Positions 50,020 to 60,714 are shown, counted from the stretch's first letter. The stretch: 64,000 nucleotides of DNA from an uncultured Spirochaetota bacterium (GCA_963753085.1 CAVWBF010000027.1:10382-74381); one strand, 5' to 3'. The notes: generated by a model from the letters alone, not told the origin. Numbers and translations are program-made.

Positions 50020-52494
50020 ATGGATCCCTACCAGCTTCCCGTCTATCAGCAGCGGGACAAGATACTGAGCGCCCTCGAGAAGAACCAGGTGATCGTGGTG
50101 GAAAGCCCCACGGGCTCCGGCAAAACGACCCAGATCCCCCTCATCCTGCACCAGGCGGGCTTTTCCTCCCGCGGAATCGTGGGCGTCACCCAGCCTCGGC
50201 GGATTGCCGCCCTTTCCGTCTCAGAGTTCATCGCCCGCCAGATCGGAAAGAAAATTCCCGACACTGTGGGCTACACGATGCGATTCGAGGACAGGACGGA
50301 CGAAAACACCGTGATCAAGATCATGACGGACGGGATCCTCCTCCAGGAGCTCAAGGGGGACCGCACCCTGTCGCGCTACAGCGTGCTCATGGTGGACGAG
50401 GCCCACGAGCGCAGCCTCAATATCGATTTCATACTCGGCATGCTCAAGAGCATCATTTCCCAGCGGCCGGAGTTCCGCGTCATCATCTCCTCGGCCACCA
50501 TCAACGTCGAGGTGTTCTCCGAGTACTTCGACGGGTGCCCCGTGGTGAGCATCGACGCGCCTATGTATCCCGTGGAGCTCCTCTATTCCCCCCCGAAGAT
50601 CGAGGGAGACCACGAAAGCCTGCTTTCCGCAATCCGCGACATCGTGGCGCGGGTCATGCGGGCAAAGGCGAAAGGTGACATCCTCATTTTCCTCCAGGGT
50701 GAGCTCGCCATAAAGGATTGCGTCCAGGCCCTCGCGGAGCTCGACACCGGCGGGGAGCTCGCCCTCCTTCCCCTGTACGCCCGCCTGTCCCACGAGGACC
50801 AGGCGCGCGTCTTCCAGGAGTTCCCGGGCAAGCGGAAGATCATCGTGGCGACGAACATCGCGGAGACGAGCGTCACGATCGACGGGGTGGTCCACGTGAT
50901 CGACTCCGGACTTGCCAAGATGAACTTCTACAGCCCGAAGACTTTCACCGAGTCTCTGATCGAGGTTCCGGTTTCCAAGGCATCGTGCAACCAGCGCCGT
51001 GGAAGGGCGGGCCGCACCGCCCCTGGCGTCTGCCATCGCCTGTACACGCGCAAGGATTACGACTCCCGTCCCATGTACACCGTGGAGGAAATCAAGAGGA
51101 CGGATCTCTCCGAGGTGGTCCTGAGGATGGCGGAGCTCGGTGTCCGCGACTTCGAGTCATTCGATTTTCTCTCTCCCCCCGGCCAGGAGGGCATTCGCGC
51201 GGCAGTGGAGACCCTGACGCTCCTTGATGCTCTTGACGAGGAGCGCAACCTCACGGAGACGGGGCGCCTCATGTGCCTCTTCCCTATCCTGCCTAAGCAC
51301 GCCCGCATGATCGTGGAAGGCATCCGTTCGTATCCCTCCGTTATCGCGGAGGTCATCATTGCGGCAACGTTTCTTTCCGTGAACTCGCCCTTCCTCCTCC
51401 CTGCCGGTGAGGAGCTGGAGGCGCGGCGGGCGCACCACACCTTCCGCGATCCCCTGGGGGATTTCGTCTCGTACCAGCGCATCCACGAGGCATTCGTTCG
51501 CTCGTCCAACAAGGCGCGCTTCTCGGAAACTCACTACCTGGACCTGCGTACGATGAACGAGATCATCAACATCGACGGACAGCTCCAGGAGATCGTCAGC
51601 AAGCTCGGCGTCCCCATCGGCTCCGGGGGAGGATGGGACGATTACCTGTGCGCGGTCTCGCGCGGACTGATCCAGTTCGTCTGCGAAAGAACGGGCCGGG
51701 GGATCTATCGGAGCCTCACGGCGGACAAGATCCAGATCCATCCCGGCTCCCTCATGTTCCGCGAGAATCCGCCCTACATCGTGGCCGGGGAGATCGTGCG
51801 CACCAGCCGCATGTATGCGCGCTCCGTGTCTCCTCTGCGCCGGCAGCTTCTTTCCGTCATCTCCCCGCTTCTCACGCAGGCCTTCGTGAAAGGCGTGCCA
51901 ATAACGCGCGAGCGGGAGAAGGAGAAGAAGAGAGACTTCACCAACCAGATGAAAATCGGCCAGGAGGCTTTTCCTATCCGCACGATCAAGGGCGGCCGCA
52001 AGATGGTGATCATGGAGTGGGAGAAGCTGCGCGCCGTTCTCCAGCAGATTGCACCGGGAGGCCTTCCCTCGTTCAAGAACATGTTTGGAACGATCATCTG
52101 GGACGGGAAAGAGATCTTCTACGGGATGAAGCTCTCCGTCATCCTCAGTCTTGCGCCCTACCTCCATACCGAGGAAGGGGTGTGGGAGGACTGGCCCGCT
52201 GGAAAGACGTTCATTTTCGCGCGTGATGGCCGCGAGGTCTGCAGCTACCTGCCCCGGCTCCTCTGTCTCTGCCCGTTGAAGGGCACCTCCAAGAGGCTGG
52301 GGTTTCTCACCTTGTACACGGACTGGAAGGGCAGCTACTGGTTCAAGTCGGAGAAGAGCCTGCTCACCGCCCGCCAGGAAACGCTGGCGAGCCTGGAGAG
52401 CATCGCCGACGAGCCCGAGGAGCTCCTCCCGCGCGAAGACAGGGAGTCTGCCGCCCGGCTGTATCATCTCATCTCGGAGATGCTTGAAGATTAG
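50020..52494 (+). CDS. DEAH-box ATP-dependent helicase (HrpA/HrpB-like)
   Basis: GSGKTTQIP Walker A, DEAHER, SAT, QRRGRAGR motifs, plus the HA2-like C-terminal region. Confidence 0.9.
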   Translation: MDPYQLPVYQQRDKILSALEKNQVIVVESPTGSGKTTQIPLILHQAGFSSRGIVGVTQPRRIAALSVSEFIARQIGKKIPDTVGYTMRFEDRTDENTVIKIMTDGILLQELKGDRTLSRYSVLMVDEAHERSLNIDFILGMLKSIISQRPEFRVIISSATINVEVFSEYFDGCPVVSIDAPMYPVELLYSPPKIEGDHESLLSAIRDIVARVMRAKAKGDILIFLQGELAIKDCVQALAELDTGGELALLPLYARLSHEDQARVFQEFPGKRKIIVATNIAETSVTIDGVVHVIDSGLAKMNFYSPKTFTESLIEVPVSKASCNQRRGRAGRTAPGVCHRLYTRKDYDSRPMYTVEEIKRTDLSEVVLRMAELGVRDFESFDFLSPPGQEGIRAAVETLTLLDALDEERNLTETGRLMCLFPILPKHARMIVEGIRSYPSVIAEVIIAATFLSVNSPFLLPAGEELEARRAHHTFRDPLGDFVSYQRIHEAFVRSSNKARFSETHYLDLRTMNEIINIDGQLQEIVSKLGVPIGSGGGWDDYLCAVSRGLIQFVCERTGRGIYRSLTADKIQIHPGSLMFRENPPYIVAGEIVRTSRMYARSVSPLRRQLLSVISPLLTQAFVKGVPITREREKEKKRDFTNQMKIGQEAFPIRTIKGGRKMVIMEWEKLRAVLQQIAPGGLPSFKNMFGTIIWDGKEIFYGMKLSVILSLAPYLHTEEGVWEDWPAGKTFIFARDGREVCSYLPRLLCLCPLKGTSKRLGFLTLYTDWKGSYWFKSEKSLLTARQETLASLESIADEPEELLPREDRESAARLYHLISEMLED

Positions 52495-52524
52495 AGTCGG
52501 GCCGCTGTTCGCGGTCCCCCCGCG

Positions 52525-53328
52525 CTACCTCCGCGGCTTCTGGTTTCGGGCGGAGATGATTCGAAGCCCCTCCAGGGTCAGCCACTGTTCCACGGATACC
52601 TTCTCCTGCAGAAGAGGGGCGATGAGGGGGGAGCTTCCGCCCGTCACCACCACCTCCGCTCTGCCTCCCAACTCCGCTCGCATGCGCCTGATCAGTCCCT
52701 CCACGAGACTCACGTAGCCGAAGACCACCCCGGACTGAATGGAGTGGATAGTGTTGCGCCCGGCGATCCGGGGCGGCGCGGCAAGCGGAACCCGCGGAAG
52801 CTGCGAGGTATTACGCGCCAGGGCGTCCACGGCCGAGGTGAGACCCGGCGATATGGCAACGCCCTGAAGCTCCCCCGGCGTCGAAGCCGGGGAGCCCGCG
52901 GCAGGCGCGGCGACCGCAGTGAAGGTGAGGGCGGTCCCGAAATCCACGACGATGCAATTCCCGTGAAACCGGTCGAAGGCCGCCACCGCGTTGGCAACGA
53001 GATCCGCGCCCACCTCCGCCGGGTTTTCCGTGGTGATGCTCAGCCCCAGGTCCATCCCGTGGGAGAGAAGGAGAGGGGTCGTCCCGGATACCGCCTGAAT
53101 GGTGTCCGCGATGGCTCGTGTCAGGGGAGGGACGACGCTGGAGAGGATTGCCGAGTCGATGCTTTCCTTCCGTATCCCGCCGGAGGAAAGAAGCTCGCGG
53201 AACATGACCGTGTACTCGTCGGGGGTTTTCTCGTGGACCGTCTGGATTCGAAACCGCTGCACCCATCCGGCATTCCCGTGCACGCCGAACGTGATATGAG
53301 AGTTGCCCACAGACACCGCAAGCAGCAT
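52525..53328 (-). CDS. coaX: Type III pantothenate kinase
   Basis: MLLAVSVGNSHITFG N-terminus, VVDFGTALTF, and GGSSPLI near the C-terminus. ATG 53328. Confidence 0.85.
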   Translation of the reverse strand: MLLAVSVGNSHITFGVHGNAGWVQRFRIQTVHEKTPDEYTVMFRELLSSGGIRKESIDSAILSSVVPPLTRAIADTIQAVSGTTPLLLSHGMDLGLSITTENPAEVGADLVANAVAAFDRFHGNCIVVDFGTALTFTAVAAPAAGSPASTPGELQGVAISPGLTSAVDALARNTSQLPRVPLAAPPRIAGRNTIHSIQSGVVFGYVSLVEGLIRRMRAELGGRAEVVVTGGSSPLIAPLLQEKVSVEQWLTLEGLRIISARNQKPRR

Positions 53329-53429
53329 GGCGCCCTCCGTGCCAAGTGTAGCGGCGCGGCCTTTCGTGTCAAGAAAGGGCATGCCCGTCCTTGTGGGCGC
53401 CCCTTTCGCTGACTATACTATACCGGTGA

Positions 53430-54833
53430 ATGAGTGGGCTCCCGGAAGCGAAGGACTCGCCACACGGACTCAGGAAAGCTCTCCGCTCCATCCCCGTCTT
53501 CCGATATGACGGAACGCTCAAAGTCTTCTATAACGGGTTTCTGATCCTTGCCGCGCTGGCAGGCACGATCATCACCTCCTACCGTCTCACCTTCCAGCAT
53601 TTCCAGTTCGATACCATCTACTGGTTGATCACCATCGTCTACCTTCTCGATATCCCCTGGACGTTCAACCAGTCCGTCAGGAAAGGGCTCGTCGTCTACG
53701 CGGACAGGCGCAGCATCGCCCGCATGTACCTGCGCGGCTGGTTTACGGTGGACCTCGTTTCCGGGCTTCCCCTTGCCTGGATGTTCTCCATGATCCCCGG
53801 CAGTTATGCCTCCGAGGCAGAGAGCCACATGGGAGTGGTGCTCGGGATCATCGTCCTGACGAAGGTCCTGAAGATGGCGAAGATCAGCAAGGTGAGCGCC
53901 ATCTTTGCCGACATCCGCCGGAGCCTCAGCGTCAACCCGGCCCTCATGCGCCTCGTCACCTTTGCCTTCTGGTTCGTGACCGTGGTTCACCTCATGGCAT
54001 GCGGGTGGGTCCTCATTGGAGCGTCGGAGACCGAGCGGCCGGACTTCGACCAGTACCTCCGCGGAGTGTACTGGTGCGTCACGACCATCGCCACCATCGG
54101 GTACGGAGACTACACTCCCAACCACAACTCGAACCTGCAGATCATCTATACAATCGGGGTGATGGTGTTCGGCGTGGGCATGTACGGGTACATCATCGGC
54201 AACGTCGCCTCGCTCATCGCCAACCTGGATACGGCCCGGGCGGCCTACCAGGAAAAGATGGAAGAGATCAACGATTTTTTCCGCAGCAAGCGGGTTCCCG
54301 CGGCCCTCCAGTCGCGCCTTCGCGACTATTATTCGTATCTCTGGGAGACGCAGAAGAGCGTTTCACCGGTGTCCATTACCGAGGAGCTTCCGCACACCCT
54401 TTCCATGGAGATCCTTCTTTACCTCAACCGCTCGATCCTCGAGAAAGTTTCCCTTTTCAGGAACGCGAACGAGATATTCATCAGGGAGATCGTACAGCTG
54501 CTGCGTCCCATGGTTTTTCTCCCGGACGACTACATCATCCGTCAGGGAGAGTACGGCGACTGCATGTACTTCCTCAGCTCGGGCGATGTCGAGGTGGTCG
54601 TGGGGGACAGGAAGGTCGCGCAGCTGGGCGCGGGATCCCCGTTCGGCGAAACGGCCCTTCTGCAGGGTGAGAAGCGAGGGGCCAGCATCCGCGCCCTGAG
54701 CTATTGCGACGTGTACAAGCTCTCCAAGGCCGATTTCGACGCGCTTCGCGCGCGGTATCCCGAGTTCGATGCGCAGGTGAAGAAAATCGTCGAGGACAGG
54801 CTCAAGGATACCCAGGAAAAAACGCAGAAGTAA
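53430..54833 (+). CDS. Cyclic-nucleotide-gated K+ channel (6-TM ion-transport domain plus cNMP-binding domain)
   Basis: Selectivity filter TTIATIGYGD. The cNMP-binding cassette includes FGETALL...RGASIRA. Confidence 0.85.
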   Translation: MSGLPEAKDSPHGLRKALRSIPVFRYDGTLKVFYNGFLILAALAGTIITSYRLTFQHFQFDTIYWLITIVYLLDIPWTFNQSVRKGLVVYADRRSIARMYLRGWFTVDLVSGLPLAWMFSMIPGSYASEAESHMGVVLGIIVLTKVLKMAKISKVSAIFADIRRSLSVNPALMRLVTFAFWFVTVVHLMACGWVLIGASETERPDFDQYLRGVYWCVTTIATIGYGDYTPNHNSNLQIIYTIGVMVFGVGMYGYIIGNVASLIANLDTARAAYQEKMEEINDFFRSKRVPAALQSRLRDYYSYLWETQKSVSPVSITEELPHTLSMEILLYLNRSILEKVSLFRNANEIFIREIVQLLRPMVFLPDDYIIRQGEYGDCMYFLSSGDVEVVVGDRKVAQLGAGSPFGETALLQGEKRGASIRALSYCDVYKLSKADFDALRARYPEFDAQVKKIVEDRLKDTQEKTQK

Positions 54834-54846
54834 TCCCGGCGGCCAA

Positions 54847-54863
54847 TTAACCGAAAACTAACA
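54847..54863 (+). promoter_or_regulatory. Pho-box-like direct repeats upstream of the ABC importer operon
   Basis: TTAACC (54847) N5 CTAACA (54858), in an AT-richer spacer about 90 nt before ATG 54950. Confidence 0.45.
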
Positions 54864-54949
54864 CACCCCTCGCACGGACTTAATTCTTCATCCCTACACA
54901 GAAAACGCCCGGCAAAAGCCGGAAGAATCACGACGTCAAAGGAGTAGGT

Positions 54950-56098
54950 ATGAGAAAGGTGATCGTTTTCGCCCTCGGCCTGATTTTCCTGATGGCCGCG
55001 GGTACAGGTGTGTTTGCGGGTGGAAGCCAGGAGAGCAAGGCGGGGCCGGCTCTTACCCAGGCGCCGGCAAGCTTCGACGACTTGGTCAAGGCCGCGCAGA
55101 AGGAAGGGCAGCTCACCGTGATAGCCCTCCCGCGCAACTGGCTGAACTACGGAGAAGCAATCGATACGTTTGCAAAGAAATACGGGATCAAGGTCAACGA
55201 GCTGAACCCTGACGGCGGCTCGGGAGACGAGCTGCAGGCCATCCAGGCGAACAAGGACAACAAGGGGCCCCAGGCCCCGGACGTCATTGACGTGGGCTTC
55301 TCATTCGGGCCGGACGCCAAGAAGGCTGGCCTTCTGGCGCCGTACAAGGTCGGCACCTGGAACTCCATCCCCGACAGCGTGAAAGACGCAGATGGGTACT
55401 GGTATGGCGACTATTACGGCGTGCTTTCCTTCGAGGTGAACCTCGATGTGGTCAAGACGCCGCCGCTGGACTGGCCCGATCTCCTGACCCCGCCGTTCAA
55501 GGGGCAGGTGGCGCTGACTGGTGATCCCCGCGTCTCCAACCAGGCCATCATGGCAGTGGCGGCTGCGGCCCTTGCCACTGGGGGCAGCTTCGAGAATGCG
55601 AAGCCCGGCGTGGACTTCTTTGCGAAGCTCAACTCGGCAGGCAACTTCGTTCCCCTGATCGCCAAGATGGGAACGGTCGCCTCGGGAGAGACCCCGGTGG
55701 CGGTCACCTGGGACTACCTGGCGTTGTCAGACCGCGACACCGCGGCAGGGAATCCCAATATCGCGGCGATCATTCCGAACTCGGGTGTCGTCGCGGGCGT
55801 CTACGTGCAGGCCATCAGCGCATACGCGCCCCATCCCAATGCAGCCCGGCTCTGGGAGGAGTTCCTGTATTCGGATGAAGGACAGCTGATCTGGCTGAAA
55901 GGCTACGGGCACCCGATCCGTTACGCCGACCTTGCCGCGCGGAACGCGATTCCCGCAGAGGTTGCGGCGAATCTCCCTCCGGCATCCTATTATGCAAAGG
56001 CGGCATTCCCGACCCTCGATCAGCAGGGCACCGCCAAGGCTTTCATCGTGAGCAACTGGGACTCTACCGTCGGTGTGAACGTCACGCCAAAGCAGTAG
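54950..56098 (+). CDS. ABC transporter periplasmic substrate-binding protein (PotD/AfuA/PhnS-like cluster)
   Basis: Signal peptide, 382 aa, first gene of an SBP / permease / permease / ATPase operon. Confidence 0.8.
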   Translation: MRKVIVFALGLIFLMAAGTGVFAGGSQESKAGPALTQAPASFDDLVKAAQKEGQLTVIALPRNWLNYGEAIDTFAKKYGIKVNELNPDGGSGDELQAIQANKDNKGPQAPDVIDVGFSFGPDAKKAGLLAPYKVGTWNSIPDSVKDADGYWYGDYYGVLSFEVNLDVVKTPPLDWPDLLTPPFKGQVALTGDPRVSNQAIMAVAAAALATGGSFENAKPGVDFFAKLNSAGNFVPLIAKMGTVASGETPVAVTWDYLALSDRDTAAGNPNIAAIIPNSGVVAGVYVQAISAYAPHPNAARLWEEFLYSDEGQLIWLKGYGHPIRYADLAARNAIPAEVAANLPPASYYAKAAFPTLDQQGTAKAFIVSNWDSTVGVNVTPKQ

Positions 56099-56102
56099 GT
56101 GA

Positions 56103-57002
56103 ATGGCTTTCTCCGGCACGAACGGTGAGGGTGCGCATCATGCGCGCCCTCGCCTTCGGCCCTCTCCCGGGAGGTGGGCCGGCCTCCTTCCTTTCCTGCT
56201 CTTCGCAACGGCGTTCATGCTCCTCCCCGCGGCGACGCTCCTGGTGGGGAGCTTTCAGAACGCGGAGGGGGGCTTCAGCTTCGCGAACATTACCCATCTG
56301 TTTCGTCCCGGGATATTGAAATCATACCTGCTCACCATCGAGGTGAGCCTTGTCACCGCTGTCGGGGGGGGAGTATTCGGCTTTCTCCTAGCCTATGCTG
56401 TTACCATGGGCGGACTCCCCAGGAGCGTCCGTTCGTTCCTGGGGACATTCTCCGGGGTCGCCTCAAATTTCGCCGGGGTCCCCCTGGCATTCGCTTTCAT
56501 AGCGACCCTCGGGCGCACAGGCCTGGTGACGGCGGTCTTGAAGGCGCTTTTCGGAATCAGCCTCTATGATGCGGGATTCAACCTGTACAGCTTCCTGGGT
56601 CTGAGCTTCACGTACCTGTACTTCCAGCTTCCGCTCATGGTGCTCGTCATCACGCCTGCCCTTGACGGAGTGAAGAAGGAATGGCGGGAGGCATGCGAAA
56701 ATCTTGGCGCCTCGCGGATGCAGTACTGGCGTCACGTAGCGCTGCCCATCCTTTTTCCGTCCATCCTGTCCGCGGTGATCCTCCTGTTCGGGAACGCCTT
56801 CGGGGCATATGCCACGGCGTACGCGTTGACCGGGGGGCTCCTCAACCTCGTCCCCATCCTGATCGGCGCGCAGATCAGGGGAGATGTCCTGCATGATCCC
56901 AACCTCGGGTATGCCTTGGCCCTGGGCATGGTCGTGATCATGACCGCCAGCATCCTCGGCTACAACGCGCTGCAGAGGCGCTCAGCGAGGTGGCTTGCAT
57001 GA
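56103..57002 (+). CDS. ABC transporter permease
   Basis: 6-TM profile with an EAA-like loop (EACENLGASRMQYWRHVALP). Confidence 0.85.
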   Translation: MAFSGTNGEGAHHARPRLRPSPGRWAGLLPFLLFATAFMLLPAATLLVGSFQNAEGGFSFANITHLFRPGILKSYLLTIEVSLVTAVGGGVFGFLLAYAVTMGGLPRSVRSFLGTFSGVASNFAGVPLAFAFIATLGRTGLVTAVLKALFGISLYDAGFNLYSFLGLSFTYLYFQLPLMVLVITPALDGVKKEWREACENLGASRMQYWRHVALPILFPSILSAVILLFGNAFGAYATAYALTGGLLNLVPILIGAQIRGDVLHDPNLGYALALGMVVIMTASILGYNALQRRSARWLA

Positions 57003-57820
57003 GTGGCGTGAGCGTCAGGGGCGCCAAGGGAAGCGCCAGGGGCGCCAAGGGCTGGGCGTGGCTCTGGATCAGCCTCGGGGGGCTCTACTTCTTCGTTCCG
57101 CTGGCAGCCACGTTTCTCTTTTCTCTCAGGGCCCGAAAGGGCGTGGTCAGTCTCCTGGCCTACGCGCACGTGCTTTCCGACCCGCAATTCCTGAAGACTT
57201 TCACCTTTTCCCTGGAGATGGCTGTCCTGACAATCGTGGCTGGTCTCGCCCTGATCCTTCCCACCGCGATATGGGTCCACCTGAAGATGCCCAGGGCCAG
57301 GCCGGTCATCGAGACGGTCGCCCTTCTTCCTTTCGTGATCCCGCCCATCGTGCTCGTGTTCGGGCTCATCCGCCTCTACAGCAGGCCGCCGCTTCCCATC
57401 GTCTCAAGCCCTATTCTGCTGGTCGCAGGATACATCGTTCTGTCCTTCCCCTACATCTTCCGCTCGATCGATTCCGGGTTGAGGGCCATCGACCTGCGCG
57501 GGCTTACCGAGGCCGCACAGAGCCTGGGCTCCCGCTGGTGGACCACCCTTTTTCGCGTCGTGCTTCCCAACATGCGAGCGGCGCTTCTGAGCGCCGCTTT
57601 TCTCACATTCTCCATCGTGATCGGGGAATTGACAATCACCGTCATGCTTGCGTGGCCGGCGTTCGGTCCCTACATGGCACAGGTGGGACGCAACCTTGCC
57701 TACGAGCCGGCGGCGCTCTCCGTGATGAGCTTCCTCCTCACCTGGGGCGTGATCGCCCTCATGCAGGCGCTCAGCCGGGGCCTCGGAAGCCAGGGCCCCG
57801 CTGCGGGCGGGACCCACTGA
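56999..57820 (+). CDS. ABC transporter permease
   Basis: ATGA overlap with the previous permease. EAA-like loop (EAAQSLGSRWWTTLFRVVLP). Confidence 0.85.
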   Translation: MSGVSVRGAKGSARGAKGWAWLWISLGGLYFFVPLAATFLFSLRARKGVVSLLAYAHVLSDPQFLKTFTFSLEMAVLTIVAGLALILPTAIWVHLKMPRARPVIETVALLPFVIPPIVLVFGLIRLYSRPPLPIVSSPILLVAGYIVLSFPYIFRSIDSGLRAIDLRGLTEAAQSLGSRWWTTLFRVVLPNMRAALLSAAFLTFSIVIGELTITVMLAWPAFGPYMAQVGRNLAYEPAALSVMSFLLTWGVIALMQALSRGLGSQGPAAGGTH

Positions 57821-57834
57821 GGCAAGGAGGGAGA

Positions 57835-58899
57835 ATGGCTTTCCTGGAGTTATGCGGGATCACCAAGAGGTTCGGCTCGGTCACGGTGGTGGATTCCTTT
57901 TCCCTGACGGTCAACCAGGGAGAGTTTGTCTCCTTTCTCGGCGGCTCGGGCTGCGGCAAGACCACGACCCTGCGGATGATTGCCGGCTTCGAAAATCCGT
58001 CGGAGGGAAGCATATTCATTGACGGCTCCGACGTCGTAGAGGTGCCTCCCCACAGACGCGGGGTCGGGATGGTCTTCCAGAACTACGCCCTTTTCCCGAA
58101 TATGACAGCGGAGCAGAACATAGGGTTCGGCCTGCGGGTGGCCGGCAGAAAGCCCGAGGAGCTGAAAAGCCGGGTCCACGAGCTTCTTGTCCTGATCGGC
58201 ATGGAAGGCCATGGCGGGAAGTATCCCCACCAGATGTCCGGAGGGCAGCAGCAGCGCGTGGCGCTTGCCCGGGCGCTCGCTGTCCAGCCCAGAGTGCTGC
58301 TCCTCGACGAGCCTCTCTCTGCGCTCGACGCGGGAATCCGTGTGCGCCTGCGCGAGGAGATACGCACGATCCAGCGCAAGCTCCATATCACGACGATCTA
58401 CGTGACCCACGATCAGGAGGAAGCGCTGTCCCTGTCCGACAGGGTGGTGGTGATGCGCGCCGGGCGGATCGCGCAGATCGGCTCACCGCTTGAAATCTAC
58501 AACCGTCCCGCCTCGGCATTCGTCGCCTCGTTCATCGGGTCGCTGAACGTCCTGGCGGCCCGCGTGGTAGACGCGGGAGCGGGGACGCTCAGCGTCGAAG
58601 GGCAGCTGGTGGCTGCCTCCATCCCCGTGGGGCTGCCCGCGGGGCAATCCGTGCGCCTTTCCGTCAGGCCCGAAATGATCTCACTGGCCAACGGGCACGC
58701 GGATTCCAACAGACTGCAGGGCACGGTGACCGACGTCGAGTTTCTCGGCTCCATCGTTCGAATCTATCTCCGCATCGAGGAAAGCGACCTCTTCCTCGAT
58801 ACCTTCAACAATCCCCATCTTGCTCTTCCGGCTGCCGGGGACCGCGTGACCGCCTGGTTCCCACGCGAAGCCTGCCTGATCAGCACGGACGACGGCTGA
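57835..58899 (+). CDS. ABC transporter ATP-binding protein (PotA/FbpC-like with C-terminal TOBE-like domain)
   Basis: Walker A GGSGCGKTT, signature MSGGQQQRV, Walker B LLLDEPLSALD. ATG 57835 follows AAGGAGGGAG. Confidence 0.9.
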   Translation: MAFLELCGITKRFGSVTVVDSFSLTVNQGEFVSFLGGSGCGKTTTLRMIAGFENPSEGSIFIDGSDVVEVPPHRRGVGMVFQNYALFPNMTAEQNIGFGLRVAGRKPEELKSRVHELLVLIGMEGHGGKYPHQMSGGQQQRVALARALAVQPRVLLLDEPLSALDAGIRVRLREEIRTIQRKLHITTIYVTHDQEEALSLSDRVVVMRAGRIAQIGSPLEIYNRPASAFVASFIGSLNVLAARVVDAGAGTLSVEGQLVAASIPVGLPAGQSVRLSVRPEMISLANGHADSNRLQGTVTDVEFLGSIVRIYLRIEESDLFLDTFNNPHLALPAAGDRVTAWFPREACLISTDDG

Positions 58900-59022
58900 C
58901 AGCCTGCTGCCTCAGCGCTCGCAGCGCGGAAGCTGGCCTTTCCTGGCGTGCTTTGCCCGGCAACTTGCAATTGCGCTTGGGACAGGGACAGTCCGTCTTG
59001 ATGACCGATACCGGCGGGTTGC

Positions 59023-59676
59023 TCATGGTCCTCTCCGGGGGAAAAGGTTCTTCCAGTCGCGCCGCACGTTCTCAGCCGCGGAGAAAATGTGGAGGACCGG
59101 CACGAGCCAGCGTGGAACGGGCCTCACCGGCGCCATTACCTTGAAGTGCGTTACCCCCGGGGTGTTGCTCGCATTCCCGGGGCAGACGTCGTAGTCGTGA
59201 CCGTCCACCCGGACCCGCAGCCACATGTGTCCTGAGATCATTGCGGGCTGCGGCACCCCGTGGATCACCGATGGTGGAAAGCTGCAGCGCAGAGATTGAA
59301 CAGGCCGCGAGGCAATGCCAAGCCGGTCGAAGATCAGCTTCAGGGCCATGGTCATCTGGATACAGTACCCCATGCCGCGCTCGAATGACCGCTCCCAGGA
59401 ATCCCAGGGGTTGCGCCGGGAATACCGGTACTTCCGTGCGGCAAGCTGCTGCACGCGGGCTACGAGTGGAAGGCCCGTCAGCCCGGAATCACGAGCCTCA
59501 CAGACGGCATCCTCCAGCGTCGTGACGCCGTCAGAGGTTGTCCTGCCCTCCTTTGGCAGAAGTCGGGCGGAGCGGATGCTGAAGGGAAGAAAGAATGCCA
59601 GGTACAGGAGAGACCCGGCCAGCAAGGTGCCGACCATAAGCGCAAGAATCAGCGCAGCTGTGACAATCATACTCAT
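59023..59676 (-). CDS. Membrane-anchored transglutaminase-like cysteine peptidase superfamily protein
   Basis: N-terminal TM helix. GYCIQ (Cys), GHMWLRV (His) and DYD (Asp) occur in the expected order. Confidence 0.65.
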   Translation of the reverse strand: MSMIVTAALILALMVGTLLAGSLLYLAFFLPFSIRSARLLPKEGRTTSDGVTTLEDAVCEARDSGLTGLPLVARVQQLAARKYRYSRRNPWDSWERSFERGMGYCIQMTMALKLIFDRLGIASRPVQSLRCSFPPSVIHGVPQPAMISGHMWLRVRVDGHDYDVCPGNASNTPGVTHFKVMAPVRPVPRWLVPVLHIFSAAENVRRDWKNLFPRRGP

Positions 59677-59793
59677 CGACTACAGCGAAGCGGTTTCCTG
59701 GTGCGGGATTTGCGGCAAACGTCTGGACACGTATTGTAATCCAATAATCCAAAAGGAAAAAGCTGACGGCGGCGAGCGCGGTGGGCCGCGGCT

Positions 59794-60714
59794 TCAGGTG
59801 ATGGCAGCCTCGAAGTCGCTCCGATCCAGGAAGGACTTCTGCGTCCCGGGCCGTGTCGTGGAGAGTGCGGCGTACATGTTGGCCATCCGCAGGGCCCGTT
59901 CGATGTCACCTGTCTCGCCGTAGTATGCGGCAAAGCAGCCGATGAACGCGTCCCCCGCGCCCGTGGAGTCCACGCTCTTCACGCGGTGAGGCGGGACGAG
60001 CTTCTCCATGTCGGGCGCCATGAGAAGGCAGCCTTTTTCCCCGAGAGTCACGATGAGCTTCGAAAGGCCTTTTTTCAGGAGTGTCCTGCCCGCGGCCTTC
60101 ACCTCGTCCAGCGTTCCCGTCGGCATGCCGGTCAGGGTCTGGAGCTCTGTCTCGTTAGGAGCAAAGAAGGAGACGCTGAGGATCTTCCCGACCTCCAGGG
60201 AGGGATCAGCGGGAGCAGGGTTGAGAATCACCGGGACCTTCTTTGCGGCGCACAGGCGGATAGTGTGATACACGGTCTCCAGGGCAATCTCCAGCTGCAT
60301 GATGACCATGTCGCTGGACAGGATGCGCTCAATTGCCCGATCGACGTCCTGGGGCATGAGGCGCGCATTCGCTCCCTTGATGATGAGGATACTGTTGTGG
60401 GATGAGGGGTCCACGAAAATCGGGGCCACCCCGCTGGAAATTCCCGGAACCGTCTCCACCCAGGTGGTATCAATGCCGAGGTGCTCGAAGTTGCGTTTCG
60501 TGTTCGGGCCGAAAAGGTCGTCTCCAACTTTTGTGACCATGCATACGTCGGCGCCCAGGAGGGCCGCGGCAACGGCCTGGTTGGCGCCCTTGCCTCCGAA
60601 TCCCATCTCGAACCGGGGTGCCTCGATGGTCTCTCCCTCTTTCGGCATCCGGTTCACGTACGTGATCAGGTCTACCATGTTGCTTCCCACTACCGTGATT
60701 CTTGGCTTGCCCAT
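59794..60714 (-). CDS. rbsK: Ribokinase / PfkB-family sugar kinase
   Basis: GGKGANQAVAAA and DSTGAGDAF motifs, 306 aa. Confidence 0.85.
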   Translation of the reverse strand: MGKPRITVVGSNMVDLITYVNRMPKEGETIEAPRFEMGFGGKGANQAVAAALLGADVCMVTKVGDDLFGPNTKRNFEHLGIDTTWVETVPGISSGVAPIFVDPSSHNSILIIKGANARLMPQDVDRAIERILSSDMVIMQLEIALETVYHTIRLCAAKKVPVILNPAPADPSLEVGKILSVSFFAPNETELQTLTGMPTGTLDEVKAAGRTLLKKGLSKLIVTLGEKGCLLMAPDMEKLVPPHRVKSVDSTGAGDAFIGCFAAYYGETGDIERALRMANMYAALSTTRPGTQKSFLDRSDFEAAIT

